A stretch of DNA of 64,000 nt, taken from the NCBI GenBank assembly GCA_965116025.1, contig OZ220480.1, forward strand, positions 1,152,001 to 1,216,000, written 5' to 3'. This document shows positions 23,662-33,740 of the stretch, in pieces. Under the pieces are notes generated by a model. It was not told where the DNA came from and did no database searches. It saw only the letters and a list, made by a program, of their open reading frames with translations. A program made the translations under genes and the position numbers. Numbering within the stretch: the stretch's first letter is position 1; each line of letters starts with the position of its first letter. The stretch comes from an uncultured candidatus Porisulfidus sp. (lineage in GTDB: Bacteria > Pseudomonadota > Gammaproteobacteria > Poriferisulfidales > Poriferisulfidaceae).

Positions 23662-24729
23662 CTAGCGGTCGCTGGATCCGCGGCGCGAGTATCCCGCCCG
23701 CGTCAGCAACTCGTAGGGAATTGTACCACTTTTCTCGGCGACTTCCCGGACTGGCATGCGCGCGCCCCATAGTTCCACCAAGTCCCCGATGGCGACGGAG
23801 CCGCGCGCGAGGTCGATGGCGATCAGGTCCATGGAAACGCGGCCCAGGATCGGGAAGCGCTGGTCCCCGACGGCGACCTCCGCGCCCCCGCTCGACGCCC
23901 GCGGGTAGCCGTCGGCGTAGCCGGCCTCGACCAGTCCGACCCGCATGTCCGAGGCGCATTCGTAGTCCGCTCCGTACCCGATCCGCTCGCCAGCGCGACA
24001 TTCGCGGATCGTCAGCAGGGGGGCCTCCAGAGTCATGACCGGGCGCAGGTCCGCGGCGGGACAATGCGACGGCGCGACTCCGTACAGCATCAGTCCGGGG
24101 CGGATCCAGTCCAGATGGCTTTCGGGGTGACGTAGCACGGCGGCGGAGTTGGCGGCCGAGCGCTCCTCAGGCGCCGAGATCCTGGCGAATCGCTCCAGTT
24201 GCGCGGTGGTCTCGGCGTCGCCGGGCTCGTCGGCGCAAGCCAAGTGCGTCATCAGTCCGATCGGTCCGGCGCGCCACGGCAGGGCGCGCATGCGCGCGAG
24301 ACAGGATTCCGCCATCTCCAGGTCGACGCCGAGTCGGTTCATGCCGGTGTTTACTTTCAGCCAGAGCCGGAGGTCCGTGGTGGGGGTCCGGGCGCGCTCC
24401 AGCAAGGCGAGTTGCTCGAGGTCGTGCGTGACCGGGGAGAGGTTTTGGGCGACCGCCGTCTCCAGTTCCGCGGGGGTCCGGACTCCGTGCAGCAGGACGA
24501 TGGGGTCCGGCACGCCGCCGTCGCGCAGTTCGGCGCCTTCGCCTAGGGTCGCGACCGCGAGCGCGTCCGCGTGTCCGCGAAGGGCCCGGGCGCAGGCGAG
24601 GGCGCCGTGTCCGTAGGCGTTGGCCTTGACCACCGCCATCAGCGAGCCGTTCGGCGCGCGGGCGCGCGCTTGTCCGCAGTTGTGGACCAGATTGGGGAGG
24701 GAGACGCGGACCCGGGCGGGCCGGCTCAT
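23662..24729 (-). CDS. alr: Alanine racemase
   Basis: AVVKANAYGHG, TGMNRLG, GYADGYPR, GRVSMD; ATGA overlap with dnaB. Confidence 0.95.
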   Translation of the reverse strand: MSRPARVRVSLPNLVHNCGQARARAPNGSLMAVVKANAYGHGALACARALRGHADALAVATLGEGAELRDGGVPDPIVLLHGVRTPAELETAVAQNLSPVTHDLEQLALLERARTPTTDLRLWLKVNTGMNRLGVDLEMAESCLARMRALPWRAGPIGLMTHLACADEPGDAETTAQLERFARISAPEERSAANSAAVLRHPESHLDWIRPGLMLYGVAPSHCPAADLRPVMTLEAPLLTIRECRAGERIGYGADYECASDMRVGLVEAGYADGYPRASSGGAEVAVGDQRFPILGRVSMDLIAIDLARGSVAIGDLVELWGARMPVREVAEKSGTIPYELLTRAGYSRRGSSDR

Positions 24730-26159
24730 GGGGAGGAGTCGTAGTCGGGCGGGGCTACGTCGTGGTAGTCGTCCGTTCCATGCTGCGTGAAGTGGTAGTG
24801 CTTCTTGGTGAAGACCAGATTCATGTCGAAGCACGGGCCATTCCGGTTTTTCGCCACTTTCAGCACCGCGTTGGCGATATCGGGGCTCGACATGTTTTCG
24901 TCACTGGTGGATTTGTACAAGAACATGACGATGTCGGCGTCCTGCTCGATGGCTCCGGAATCGCGCAACTCCTGCAGCTTGGGCGCGTCGCCCGCCTCGC
25001 GCCCGGCCCCTTGGCGGTTGAGCTGAGACAGGCACAGCACCGGAGCGTTCAGCTCGACGGCGATCGCTTTCAGCTCTCGGGTGATGATGGCCAGCTCGGC
25101 GTTGCGATTGTTGGCGTCCCGGCCCTCTCCAGGGATCAGCTGCAGGTAGTCGATGACGATCAGGTCGAGCTTGTTGCCGTGTCTCGCGCGCAATCTCCGC
25201 GCCATGCGACGGATCAGGGCCGGAGTGGGGGAGGACACCTCGTACACGTACAGGTTGGGCTTGGTCAGCATGGTGAGGGCTCCCTCGATAGCTTTCCAGT
25301 TGGCGTCCTCCAGCCGTCCTCCGCGCAGCTTGTTCTGGTCGACTTGGGCGACCATGGCCAGCAGGCGGTCGGCGAGCGCTCGCGCCGACATTTCCATGCT
25401 GAAGACCGCGACCACGTCCTCCTCGTGATCCTGAATGCCTCCGGCGGCGACGTTGAACGCGATGTTCATGGCCAGACTGGTCTTGCCCATGCTGGGACTC
25501 GCGGCGAGGATGACCAGTTCGCCAGGTTGCAGCCCAAACGTTTTGCGGTCGAAGGCGTCAAAACCGGTTGGCGTGCCGGTCAGCAATTGCTTTCCGGGGT
25601 TGTCGCGCAGCCACTCTTGGCAAGTCTCGATCATTCCGCTGGCTTCGCCCGCCGCTTTCCCGATGCGCGTGAAATCGTCGCGCCCATGCCTTTCGGTGTC
25701 GGAGACCTGCAGGATCAGGCGTTCCGCCTCGCTAACGATCTCGTCGGAATCTCTCCCGCGCGGGTCGTTGATCAGGGCGATGATGTCGGCGCAGGCCCGG
25801 CGCAACTGGCGTTGCGTCGAGCATTCCTGCACGATGCGAACGTAATGCTCGACGCGCTCGGACATGAAGTTCTCGTCCACGATGTGGCAGACGTAGTCCA
25901 GGATTTCCGGATGGTCTGAGTAGTCCGCGTGGCGGCGCAGTCGGTCCGAGGCGGTGACGAGGTCGACCGCCTTGCCCTCGCTCTCCATGGAGTGGATCGC
26001 GTCGAAGATCACGCGGTGGCTGGCTTCGCCGAAATCGCGGGCCTGGAGGTACCCGATCTTGTCCCAAGCGCTCTCGTCGTTGATGAGCGCGCCGAGCACC
26101 GCGCGCTCGGCATCGATCGGCTCGACGGCGGAAAGGGCTAGGGGAGCGTCTTCGTCCAT
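24726..26159 (-). CDS. dnaB: Replicative DNA helicase
   Basis: AERAVLGAL, PSMGKT, FSMEM, IDYLQL, LSQLNR, SGAIEQDAD, KNRNGP. Confidence 0.93.
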   Translation of the reverse strand: MDEDAPLALSAVEPIDAERAVLGALINDESAWDKIGYLQARDFGEASHRVIFDAIHSMESEGKAVDLVTASDRLRRHADYSDHPEILDYVCHIVDENFMSERVEHYVRIVQECSTQRQLRRACADIIALINDPRGRDSDEIVSEAERLILQVSDTERHGRDDFTRIGKAAGEASGMIETCQEWLRDNPGKQLLTGTPTGFDAFDRKTFGLQPGELVILAASPSMGKTSLAMNIAFNVAAGGIQDHEEDVVAVFSMEMSARALADRLLAMVAQVDQNKLRGGRLEDANWKAIEGALTMLTKPNLYVYEVSSPTPALIRRMARRLRARHGNKLDLIVIDYLQLIPGEGRDANNRNAELAIITRELKAIAVELNAPVLCLSQLNRQGAGREAGDAPKLQELRDSGAIEQDADIVMFLYKSTSDENMSSPDIANAVLKVAKNRNGPCFDMNLVFTKKHYHFTQHGTDDYHDVAPPDYDSSP

Positions 26160-26295
26160 TCCAGAGAGATTCTAGAGATCGACGGGCTTGAGGCGCGAGC
26201 TCGCGGCGATTCGGTAGCTCATACTGTCGCGGACGCGGGAGGCGTTGTCAATAGAGCGATTAGTACGAAAACCGGGGGGAAATCCGTGGGACGCC

Positions 26296-26315
26296 TGTGG
26301 AAAAACCGTGGACAA
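26296..26315 (-). promoter_or_regulatory. Tandem DnaA-box-like sites upstream of dnaB
   Basis: Minus strand reads TTGTCCACG-gt-TTTTCCACA; the second matches TTWTNCACA. Confidence 0.55.
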
Positions 26316-26316
26316 C

Positions 26317-26877
26317 CTACTGGGACGCTCGTTCCGCATCGCCCGAGCTCTCTTCCGCGGCATCCGGCGCGGCGTCCGCCTTCGCCGAGGCGGTCTCCTC
26401 CTCTTCCAGCTCGACCGGAGTCTCGACCACGGCGCCGGATTCCACGACGATGAGCATGGTCGTCTCGACGTCGGTATGCAGGCGCGCGGTGACCGAATGC
26501 TCGCCCAGGCCGCGCAACGGGCCATCGGGCAGCCGCACCTCATGGCGCTCCAGCTCCCCGCCCGCCTCGGTGGCGGCGCGCGCGATGTCGCCGGCGCCGA
26601 CCGAGCCGAACATCTTGCCTTCCTGGTTGGTCTCCACCTTGACGGTGATCCGGAGCCCGTCCAGCTTCTCTTTCCGACGCTCCGCCAGCGCCAGCGTCTC
26701 TCCCGCCTGGCGCTCCAGCTCTTCCCGGCGCTCCTGAACCTCGGCCAGGTTGGCCTCGGTCGCGTATTTCGCCTTGCCGGCCGGAATCAGGTAGTTGCGC
26801 GCGTAGCCGGGTCGCACGCGCACCACGTCGCCAAGCGAGCCGAGTCGCTCGACGCGTTCCAAAAGAATGACATCCAT
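26317..26877 (-). CDS. rplI: 50S ribosomal protein L9
   Basis: MDVILLERVERLG..GYARNYLIP; acidic C-terminal tail. Confidence 0.96.
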   Translation of the reverse strand: MDVILLERVERLGSLGDVVRVRPGYARNYLIPAGKAKYATEANLAEVQERREELERQAGETLALAERRKEKLDGLRITVKVETNQEGKMFGSVGAGDIARAATEAGGELERHEVRLPDGPLRGLGEHSVTARLHTDVETTMLIVVESGAVVETPVELEEEETASAKADAAPDAAEESSGDAERASQ

Positions 26878-26894
26878 CTCGTTGTCTCCGATTT

Positions 26895-27788
26895 CTAGGA
26901 AAGGTCTTTGTCGTTCGCCGTCCGCTCGCGCCATCCTAGCAGGTCTCCGGCCGCGCCGGCCACGGCCACGGCCAAGAGCGCTTCCTGCACGCTCAGCAAC
27001 ACGACGTAAAAAGGGATCAGGGCCGCCGGCCGGTAGCGAATCCGGTCGGCCAGCCGGTGCGCGGCGGCGACTCCCGGGAACAGGAACGCCGCGGTCAGGC
27101 ACAGGGACAGGCCCAGCATGAACGGGGTTGGGAACGCCCAGGACATGGCGAGGACCGCCAAAAACATGGCGCTCGCGGCCCGCCCGTGGTGGAGCGCCCG
27201 GAATTCCCGCGCGAAGAACGGGGTCTCCACCAGCGCGCTCTGCCAGCGGCGGGCGAGCAGAAGCAGCAGGCTCGACAGTAGCGCCAGGCTGGCCATCATC
27301 AGCTCGTTCCCGATCTGGATCAGCAACTCCGTGGGCAAGCCTCGGAAGGGCTCGGGGCGCTCCCCGCGAAGCGTCTCCAGGGTTTCTCTCCAGGCCTGAT
27401 CCAGATCCAGCGGCAACAGGTCCATCGCGTGGGCTCCGGCCCAGGCTCCCAGAAAGCCGCCCAAAATCGCCAGGGACAGGGAATCGGTCCAGCGCAGGAA
27501 GGCGGCGAGGAGCGCCGGGGCGCCGAGAAACAGCAACGGAATCAGGGCCGCCATAGGGTCGCCCAGGTAATACTCGCCCAGGGCCGCGTAAGCCATCCCC
27601 GACGCCGCCAGGATCACGGTGGCGTCCCGCGGGGGGCGCGCCAAGACCATGAACGCCGCGGCGACGCCCGCGAGCAGGATGCCGAACAGCATCGCCGGCA
27701 CATGGATGGCCACCACCTGCAGCGCGATCAGGCCCCCGACGATCGGAAATGGAGGCCCGCGCAGGAACCGCCCGAGCGTGGCGAGCAT
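26895..27788 (-). CDS. Membrane protein (DUF2232/YybS-like)
   Basis: Multiple hydrophobic segments, LARRWQSAL; occupies the usual position between rpsR and rplI. Confidence 0.72.
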   Translation of the reverse strand: MLATLGRFLRGPPFPIVGGLIALQVVAIHVPAMLFGILLAGVAAAFMVLARPPRDATVILAASGMAYAALGEYYLGDPMAALIPLLFLGAPALLAAFLRWTDSLSLAILGGFLGAWAGAHAMDLLPLDLDQAWRETLETLRGERPEPFRGLPTELLIQIGNELMMASLALLSSLLLLLARRWQSALVETPFFAREFRALHHGRAASAMFLAVLAMSWAFPTPFMLGLSLCLTAAFLFPGVAAAHRLADRIRYRPAALIPFYVVLLSVQEALLAVAVAGAAGDLLGWRERTANDKDLS

Positions 27789-28018
27789 CAGTGGTTGTCG
27801 CAGTACGGCAACAGGCTCAGATAACGGGCGCGTTTGATGGCGGCGGACAGCCGGCGCTGAAACCGCGCCGGAACGCCGCTGACTCGGGCCGGCATGATCT
27901 TCCCGGTCTCGGTGATGTAGTCGCTCAGCAGATCCAGGTCCTTGTAGTCGATCTCCGACGGGTCGCTTCGCGCGAGGCGACGCGCGCTCTCGCGTTTGGG
28001 TTTGTGGTGACTGGGCAT
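27788..28018 (-). CDS. rpsR: 30S ribosomal protein S18
   Basis: [30 protein letters not shown]. Confidence 0.96.
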   Translation of the reverse strand: MPSHHKPKRESARRLARSDPSEIDYKDLDLLSDYITETGKIMPARVSGVPARFQRRLSAAIKRARYLSLLPYCDNH

Positions 28019-28023
28019 GGTCG

Positions 28024-28602
28024 TTACTCTCGGGTTTCGGAAGGTGGGGGCGCGGGCTTCCCGGCGGCCGGGTCCTCGCTCGCCTTGGTCTCGGGTCCGG
28101 GTTCCGTCGCGCTCTCGTCTGGCGCGGGCTCCTTGGCCGGGGTGGACCGTGGGGACGCTTTCTCCTCGCTCTCTTTCTCGTCGGTGGGCTCTGGCGACGA
28201 CGCTTTCCTCGGAGCTTCGTCCGAGGCGGGCTTTCTCGATTCCTTCGATCCGTCGCGCCACTCTTTATCGGATCCTTCCTCCTCGTCCGACTTGGCGAGC
28301 GGCGAGGGCTCGGTGATGGCGCGGTCCTGGTGGATGATCAGGCTGCGCAGCACGGCGTCGTTGAACCGGAACGCGTGCTGGATCTCCTCCAGCGCCTTCG
28401 AATCGCACTCCACGTTCATCAGGACGTAGTGGGCTTTGTGCAGCTTGTCGATGGAATAGGCCAGCTGACGTCGGCCCCAGTCCTCAAGGCGATGCACCTG
28501 TCCGTCCCTGCTGGTCACCATTTTCATGTACCGCTCGATCATTTGCGGTACTTGGTCGCTTTGGTCCGGATAGACCAGAAACACGATCTCGTAATGTCGC
28601 AT
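28024..28602 (-). CDS. rpsF: 30S ribosomal protein S6 with a long low-complexity tail
   Basis: [28 protein letters not shown]. Confidence 0.97.
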   Translation of the reverse strand: MRHYEIVFLVYPDQSDQVPQMIERYMKMVTSRDGQVHRLEDWGRRQLAYSIDKLHKAHYVLMNVECDSKALEEIQHAFRFNDAVLRSLIIHQDRAITEPSPLAKSDEEEGSDKEWRDGSKESRKPASDEAPRKASSPEPTDEKESEEKASPRSTPAKEPAPDESATEPGPETKASEDPAAGKPAPPPSETRE

Positions 28603-28607
28603 GCGCG

Positions 28608-28656
28608 CTCTCCCTTCGGGTTGTCAGCCCCCCGCCGGCGCGGTGGGGCAAGGAGT
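28608..28656 (-). promoter_or_regulatory. Putative S6:S18-binding leader RNA
   Basis: CTCCTT..hairpin..ACAACCCG-AAGGGAG; the 5' arm can pair with the SD sequence, as in known rpsF leaders. Confidence 0.5.
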
Positions 28657-28678
28657 CGTTGTCGGGGCGCGCATTCTA

Positions 28679-29380
28679 TCAGAACCCGCTCTCGCGCCCG
28701 GGCGCCGCCGCGACCGGGGCGACGCTCTTGTGGGGCAGGAACAGCCCGCAACCGAGCAGGCGCCCGGGCCCAAGCCCGTGGCACTGCAGATTCAGGGACG
28801 CTTCCGGCTCGAGCCCGTCCAGCATCAGGCTGCGGCAGCGCGCCGTGGCGTCGCCGCTTCCGCGGACGGGGTGGGTCCGTCCGGCCATCATGCGCGGCGC
28901 TTGGACGCCGATGGCTTCCAGGCGCTCGGCGCACAGATCCAGAAACTCCTCCTCTTCCTCAGTCTCGATCGCCACGTACCGGGCGAACGCCGTGCCCTGC
29001 GGCTGCAGCGCGCGCGGCTTGCCATCCTCGATTCGCATCCGGTCCGGTCCGACCCGCAGGGTGGTTCCGGGCAGGGCTCGCGCCTCCTCCAGCCGGTGGC
29101 GCGGAAGCCGCAGCGCCAGCCGGGCGCGCCGCGACAACGGCAGATAGGCGGCCGGGTCGTCCGGGCGGATCCAGCCGTTTCCGGATTCGGCGCCGTGGAC
29201 GGTGTGGATGCCGGCGAGCGGCTCGTCTTCCAGCCAAGGCCAGACCGAAAGCAACGCCGCGCGGAGATCCTGGGCATGGTCGACCGGCAAGGCCGCGCAA
29301 CGCATCCGATAGCGAACGTCCACCACGTCGGACGCGGCGGCCGGCGGCGGAGCGTCTGGTTCCCGCCAGCGCGCGGTCAT
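28679..29380 (-). CDS. cas6: Cas6-like protein (type I-MYXAN/Cmx6-like), orphan
   Basis: N-terminal LPVDH and C-terminal G-rich loop GLGPGRLLGCGLFLPHK; ATGA overlap with the upstream gene. Confidence 0.8.
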   Translation of the reverse strand: MTARWREPDAPPPAAASDVVDVRYRMRCAALPVDHAQDLRAALLSVWPWLEDEPLAGIHTVHGAESGNGWIRPDDPAAYLPLSRRARLALRLPRHRLEEARALPGTTLRVGPDRMRIEDGKPRALQPQGTAFARYVAIETEEEEEFLDLCAERLEAIGVQAPRMMAGRTHPVRGSGDATARCRSLMLDGLEPEASLNLQCHGLGPGRLLGCGLFLPHKSVAPVAAAPGRESGF

Positions 29381-29568
29381 GGGCGGCGGGCCGTGAAGAA
29401 ACTCTCCAGGCGCTCCTCCCAGTCGTCTGGAGTGTCGGGGAACGGAGGGCGGACGTCCAGACTGAGGAAGCGCTCTCCCGCCTCGATGCGGTCCGCGATC
29501 AGCTCCTTCAGGCTCGCGAAGGAATCCAGGTCGGGACGGGCGATCAGGATCTCGCTCAGGGTTAGCAT
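29377..29568 (-). CDS. Small acidic protein (63 aa)
   Basis: MLTLSEIL...FLSLDVRPPFPDTPDDWEERLE; overlaps both neighbours. Confidence 0.78.
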   Translation of the reverse strand: MLTLSEILIARPDLDSFASLKELIADRIEAGERFLSLDVRPPFPDTPDDWEERLESFFTARRP

Positions 29569-30440
29569 GGGAAGGTGGCGCGGTCCGTGTAGCGGGCTCG
29601 GTACAGCAGGCGGGGGCGGTCCGCGGAATCGGTATAGGCGCTCCGGCAATGCAACGCATTATGCGCGATCAGCCCGCACCCCGCCTCCAGACGGAGCGCG
29701 CGCCGAGCTTGCGGCAGGGTCTCCAGCAGTTCCCGGATTCGGTTTCGGGCGGCCTCGGCCTCGGGACGCCAGCGGACGTGGATGGCGCGCTCGGTGTAGC
29801 GCGCATGCAGGCGTCCATCGTCGAGGGAGAAGACCGGACCACGGAATTCGGCGCGGCGCTCCGCGCCGCTCTCGTCGTGGGCGGGCACCGCGAAGGCCCG
29901 CGGGTGCGCCAGGGCTTGGACCATAGCCGGGTCCTCGTCGCGCAGGGCGATGTACAGAAGGCGCGGATCCAGCAACCGGTTGACGCCGCCGTCCAGCGCC
30001 GGGCGGACGCAGTGCAGGATGAAGCTCCGGATCTTGCGCGAGTCCGGCAGGTAGTAGCCGTCGGTGTGCCACCGCAGACGGTTTCGGGTGTACGGGATGA
30101 ACCGCCCGGCCGCGTCCTCCCGCGCCGTCAGCCGGGCCACCCCGTCCGCCTCGGCGCACTGGTGATGGTCGAGATTCGCGAGCCCTAGTCGCTCGCCCAA
30201 GGCCAGAACGTCTTGTGGAGCGAGGGCGCGGTCCGTGGCGTAGTGGACGATACCGCTTGCGCGCAGACGAGAGATCAGGGCGCGGGCTTCCGCGTCGCTT
30301 AGATGGGCGGGGTCGCGCAGCGGAACGGGCGCGAGGTCCGCCACGCTCTCGTCCAGCGTTCGCTCTCGCCACGCGCGATAAGCGTCCGCGCGATCAAGAT
30401 CCCACCAGTCGGGACGCGCGGGAAAGGAGGGGTCAGGCAA
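29562..30440 (-). CDS. TauD/TfdA-family Fe(II)/2-oxoglutarate dioxygenase
   Basis: WHTDGYY (HxD), LHCVRPA..GG, HNALHCRSAY; probable TTG start overlapping the aminotransferase stop. Confidence 0.82.
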   Translation of the reverse strand: MPDPSFPARPDWWDLDRADAYRAWRERTLDESVADLAPVPLRDPAHLSDAEARALISRLRASGIVHYATDRALAPQDVLALGERLGLANLDHHQCAEADGVARLTAREDAAGRFIPYTRNRLRWHTDGYYLPDSRKIRSFILHCVRPALDGGVNRLLDPRLLYIALRDEDPAMVQALAHPRAFAVPAHDESGAERRAEFRGPVFSLDDGRLHARYTERAIHVRWRPEAEAARNRIRELLETLPQARRALRLEAGCGLIAHNALHCRSAYTDSADRPRLLYRARYTDRATFPC

Positions 30441-31614
30441 GAAGGTCGCGCAGGCGCGAGACGCCTTCCTCAAGGGTCGGCATGCCGGTGGCGAACGAGA
30501 CCCGGACGTGGCCGGGCGCGCCGAACGGGAGTCCGGGCACCACGGCGAGACGCGCCCGGTCGAGCAGCAGGGTGGCGAACGCGATGTCCGTGGGGCAGTC
30601 CAGCCGGCGCATGGCCTCGCGGACGTTCGGCAGGCAGTAGAACGCGCCATCGGGCTTGAGGCAGTGGACGCCAGGCAGCTCGTTGAGCGCCGCCACGACG
30701 TAGTCGCGCCGGCGCTCGAAGGCGGTCACCATCTCGGGCACCGAGGACTGGTCTTCCAGCAAGGCGGCGCGGGCGGCGGCCTGGGCGATCGAGCAAGGGT
30801 TGGACGTGCTCTGCGACTGGACCGTGAGCATGGCGTCGATCAGGCTCGCCGGTCCGGCCGCGTAGCCGATCCGCCAGCCGGTCATGGCGTAGGCCTTGGA
30901 GACGCCGTTGACGATCAGGATGCGGTCGGCCAGATCCGGCGCGACCTGCGCCAGATTGTGGAATGGCGCGCCGTCGAACCGGATCAGTTCGTAAATGTCG
31001 TCGGACGCCACGAGCACGCGCGGGTGGGCGCGCAGCGCCTGGGCGATTCCCTCAAGGTCCTCCCGGCGCAGCATGACGCCGCAAGGGTTCGAGGGGCTGT
31101 TGAGAATCAGCAGTTTCGAGCGCGCGGTGACCGCCCGGTCCAGTTGCTCGGCGCTGGGTCGGAAGTTTCGCTCCAGGGTCGTCTCCAGAAACACCGGCTC
31201 GCCGCCCGCCAGCCGCACCATGTCGGGGTACGAGGCCCAGTACGGGGTCGGGATGATCACCTCGTCGCCGGGATCGATCAGCGCCTGCAGGCAGTTGTAC
31301 AGGATCTGCTTCGCGCCCGCGCTGACCAGGATCCGCTGAGGCTCGAAAAGCAATCCGTTGTCGCGCTGGAACTTGTGCGCGATGGCCGCGCGCAAGGCGG
31401 GCGTGCCGCCGACCGCGGTGTAGCGGGTCTGTCCGTCCCGGATCGCCTGGACCGCCGCGGCGCGAACGTTCTCTGGCGTGCCGAAATCCGGTTCCCCGGC
31501 GCTCCAGTCGATGATTTCCTGCCCCGCCTCGCGCAGGCGGCGGGCGGTGGCGGAGACGGCCAGCGTCGCGGAGGGCTCGCAACGTCCGACCCGTTTCGAG
31601 AGGGCGTGTTCCAT
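30433..31614 (-). CDS. Class I/II PLP-dependent (aspartate-type) aminotransferase
   Basis: AGEPDF, NSPSNP, SDDIY, SKAYAMTGWRIGY. Confidence 0.93.
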   Translation of the reverse strand: MEHALSKRVGRCEPSATLAVSATARRLREAGQEIIDWSAGEPDFGTPENVRAAAVQAIRDGQTRYTAVGGTPALRAAIAHKFQRDNGLLFEPQRILVSAGAKQILYNCLQALIDPGDEVIIPTPYWASYPDMVRLAGGEPVFLETTLERNFRPSAEQLDRAVTARSKLLILNSPSNPCGVMLRREDLEGIAQALRAHPRVLVASDDIYELIRFDGAPFHNLAQVAPDLADRILIVNGVSKAYAMTGWRIGYAAGPASLIDAMLTVQSQSTSNPCSIAQAAARAALLEDQSSVPEMVTAFERRRDYVVAALNELPGVHCLKPDGAFYCLPNVREAMRRLDCPTDIAFATLLLDRARLAVVPGLPFGAPGHVRVSFATGMPTLEEGVSRLRDLLA

Positions 31615-31713
31615 CGCGCGGGGTTTCGGTAGCGCGTTTCCGGTGGCGCGTAGTGTACCGCACCCGCGACTCGGTATACACTTATAAGGTTCCACTCTAC
31701 GGAGGCGATTCGA

Positions 31714-33735
31714 ATGCCATCCGCGTTTGACCTGCAGGCGGATTTCGATCCGGCGGGCGACCAGCCCGACGCCATCGCGGGCCTGGTCGCGGGCCTGGCC
31801 GACGGCCTCGGCCACCAGAGCCTGCTCGGCGTCACCGGCTCCGGCAAGACCTACACCATGGCCTGCGTCGTCGCCCAGGTCCAGCGCCCGACCATCGTGC
31901 TGGTCCACAACAAGACCTTGGCCGCGCAGCTGTATGGAGAGATGAAGGAGTTCTTCCCGAACAACGCGGTGGAGTACTTCGTGTCGTACTACGATTACTA
32001 CCAGCCGGAAGCCTACGTGCCGTCCTCGGACACCTTCATCGAGAAGGACGCTTCGGTCAACGACCATATCGAGCAGATGCGCCTGTCCGCGACCAAGGCC
32101 CTGTTCGAGCGCCCCGACACCATCATCGTCGGCACGGTCTCCTCCATCTATGGTTTGGGGGATCCCCAGTCCTACCACCGGATGGTGCTGCACCTGAGTC
32201 GCGGCGACCGCACCGGGCAGCGCGGGATCCTGCGGCGGCTCGCGGAGCTGCAGTACAAGCGCAACGAGGTCGATCTTCGCCGCGGCACGTTTCGGGTGAA
32301 TGGCGACGTCATCGACGTGCATCCGGCGGATTCGGAGCGCGAGGCGGTGCGCGTCGAGCTGTTCGACGACGAGGTCGAGCGCTTGCGCTTCTTCGATCCT
32401 CTGACCGGAGAGGTCAGCCGCGACGTGCCGCGGCTGACCATCTATCCGAAGACCCACTACGTGACCCCGAAGAAGGTGCTGGAGCGCGCGGTGTCGCGGA
32501 TTCGCGAGGAGCTCGACGAGCGTCTCGCCTACCTGCAGTCGCGGGAGCGGCTGGTGGAGGCGCAGCGCCTGGAGCAGCGCACCCGTTACGACCTGGAGAT
32601 GATCGAGGAGCTCGGCTATTGCGCCGGGATCGAGAACTACTCGCGCTATCTGTCCGGACGGGAGCCGGGCGAGCCGCCGCCGTGCCTGCTGGACTACCTG
32701 CCGGACGACGCCTTGATGTTCGTCGACGAGAGCCATGTCACGATTCCTCAGTTCGGCGGCATGTACCGGGGCGACTACTCGCGCAAGAAGAACCTGGTCG
32801 ACTACGGGTTCCGGCTGCCGTCAGCGCTGGACAACCGGCCCCTGAAATTCGAGGAGTTCGAGGCGCTGGCGCCGCAGACCATCCACGTGTCGGCCACGCC
32901 CGGGCCGTACGAGCTGAGACTGGCGGGGCAGGTGGTCGAGCAGGTGGTCCGCCCGACCGGCTTGGTGGACCCGAGCGTCGAGGTGCGTCCGGTCGCGACG
33001 CAGGTCGACGACCTGCTGTCCGAGATCCGCGCGACCGCCGAGGCCGGCGACCGGACGCTCGTGACCACGCTGACCAAGCGCATGGCGGAGGACCTGACCG
33101 ACTATCTGCGCGAGCACGAGGTCCGGGTCCGCTATCTGCACTCCGACATCGACACCGTGGAGCGCGTCGAGATCATCCGCGATCTGCGGCTCGGCAAGTT
33201 CGACGCGCTGGTCGGGATCAACTTGCTACGCGAGGGGCTGGATATCCCGGAGGTCGCGCTGGTGGCGATTTTGGACGCGGACAAGGAGGGATTTCTGCGC
33301 TCGGAGCGCTCGCTGATCCAGACCATCGGACGCGCGGCGCGGCACGTGAAAGGCCGCGCGCTCCTGTACGCCGACGAGATCACCGACTCGATACGCCGGG
33401 CCATGGAGGAGACCCGGCGCCGCCGCGACCGACAGCGGGAGTTCAACCGCGAGCGAGGCATTACTCCGAGGAGCGTCGAGAAGCGGGTCGCTGACATCAT
33501 GGAAGGAGCGGGTGGCCGCGCTCCCGGAAAGCGTGGCAAGCGAATCCGCTCCGCGGAGCCCGAGCCGATCGAGTCGATGGCGCCGGAGGAGGCGCTACGG
33601 AAGATCCGGGAACTGGAGAAGCGAATGCATGGCCACGCGCGGGAGCTGGAGTTCGAGGAGGCCGCGCGACTGCGCGACCAAGCGCGCGCGATCCACGAGC
33701 GGACGTTTGGCGCGCGGCTCCAGGAGGCCGGCTGA
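31714..33735 (+). CDS. uvrB: Excinuclease ABC subunit B
   Basis: [32 protein letters not shown]. Confidence 0.98.
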   Translation: MPSAFDLQADFDPAGDQPDAIAGLVAGLADGLGHQSLLGVTGSGKTYTMACVVAQVQRPTIVLVHNKTLAAQLYGEMKEFFPNNAVEYFVSYYDYYQPEAYVPSSDTFIEKDASVNDHIEQMRLSATKALFERPDTIIVGTVSSIYGLGDPQSYHRMVLHLSRGDRTGQRGILRRLAELQYKRNEVDLRRGTFRVNGDVIDVHPADSEREAVRVELFDDEVERLRFFDPLTGEVSRDVPRLTIYPKTHYVTPKKVLERAVSRIREELDERLAYLQSRERLVEAQRLEQRTRYDLEMIEELGYCAGIENYSRYLSGREPGEPPPCLLDYLPDDALMFVDESHVTIPQFGGMYRGDYSRKKNLVDYGFRLPSALDNRPLKFEEFEALAPQTIHVSATPGPYELRLAGQVVEQVVRPTGLVDPSVEVRPVATQVDDLLSEIRATAEAGDRTLVTTLTKRMAEDLTDYLREHEVRVRYLHSDIDTVERVEIIRDLRLGKFDALVGINLLREGLDIPEVALVAILDADKEGFLRSERSLIQTIGRAARHVKGRALLYADEITDSIRRAMEETRRRRDRQREFNRERGITPRSVEKRVADIMEGAGGRAPGKRGKRIRSAEPEPIESMAPEEALRKIRELEKRMHGHARELEFEEAARLRDQARAIHERTFGARLQEAG

Positions 33736-33740
33736 TGACG

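Noticed and set aside
31650-31685. Imperfect inverted repeat upstream of uvrB as a LexA box
   Set aside because: It does not match CTGT-N8-ACAG; probably overlapping divergent promoter elements
31615-32736. 767-aa version of the aminotransferase, and similar long overlapping ORFs (e.g. 6694-8157, 53379-54779)
   Set aside because: Antisense or alternate-frame shadows of real genes, expected at high GC
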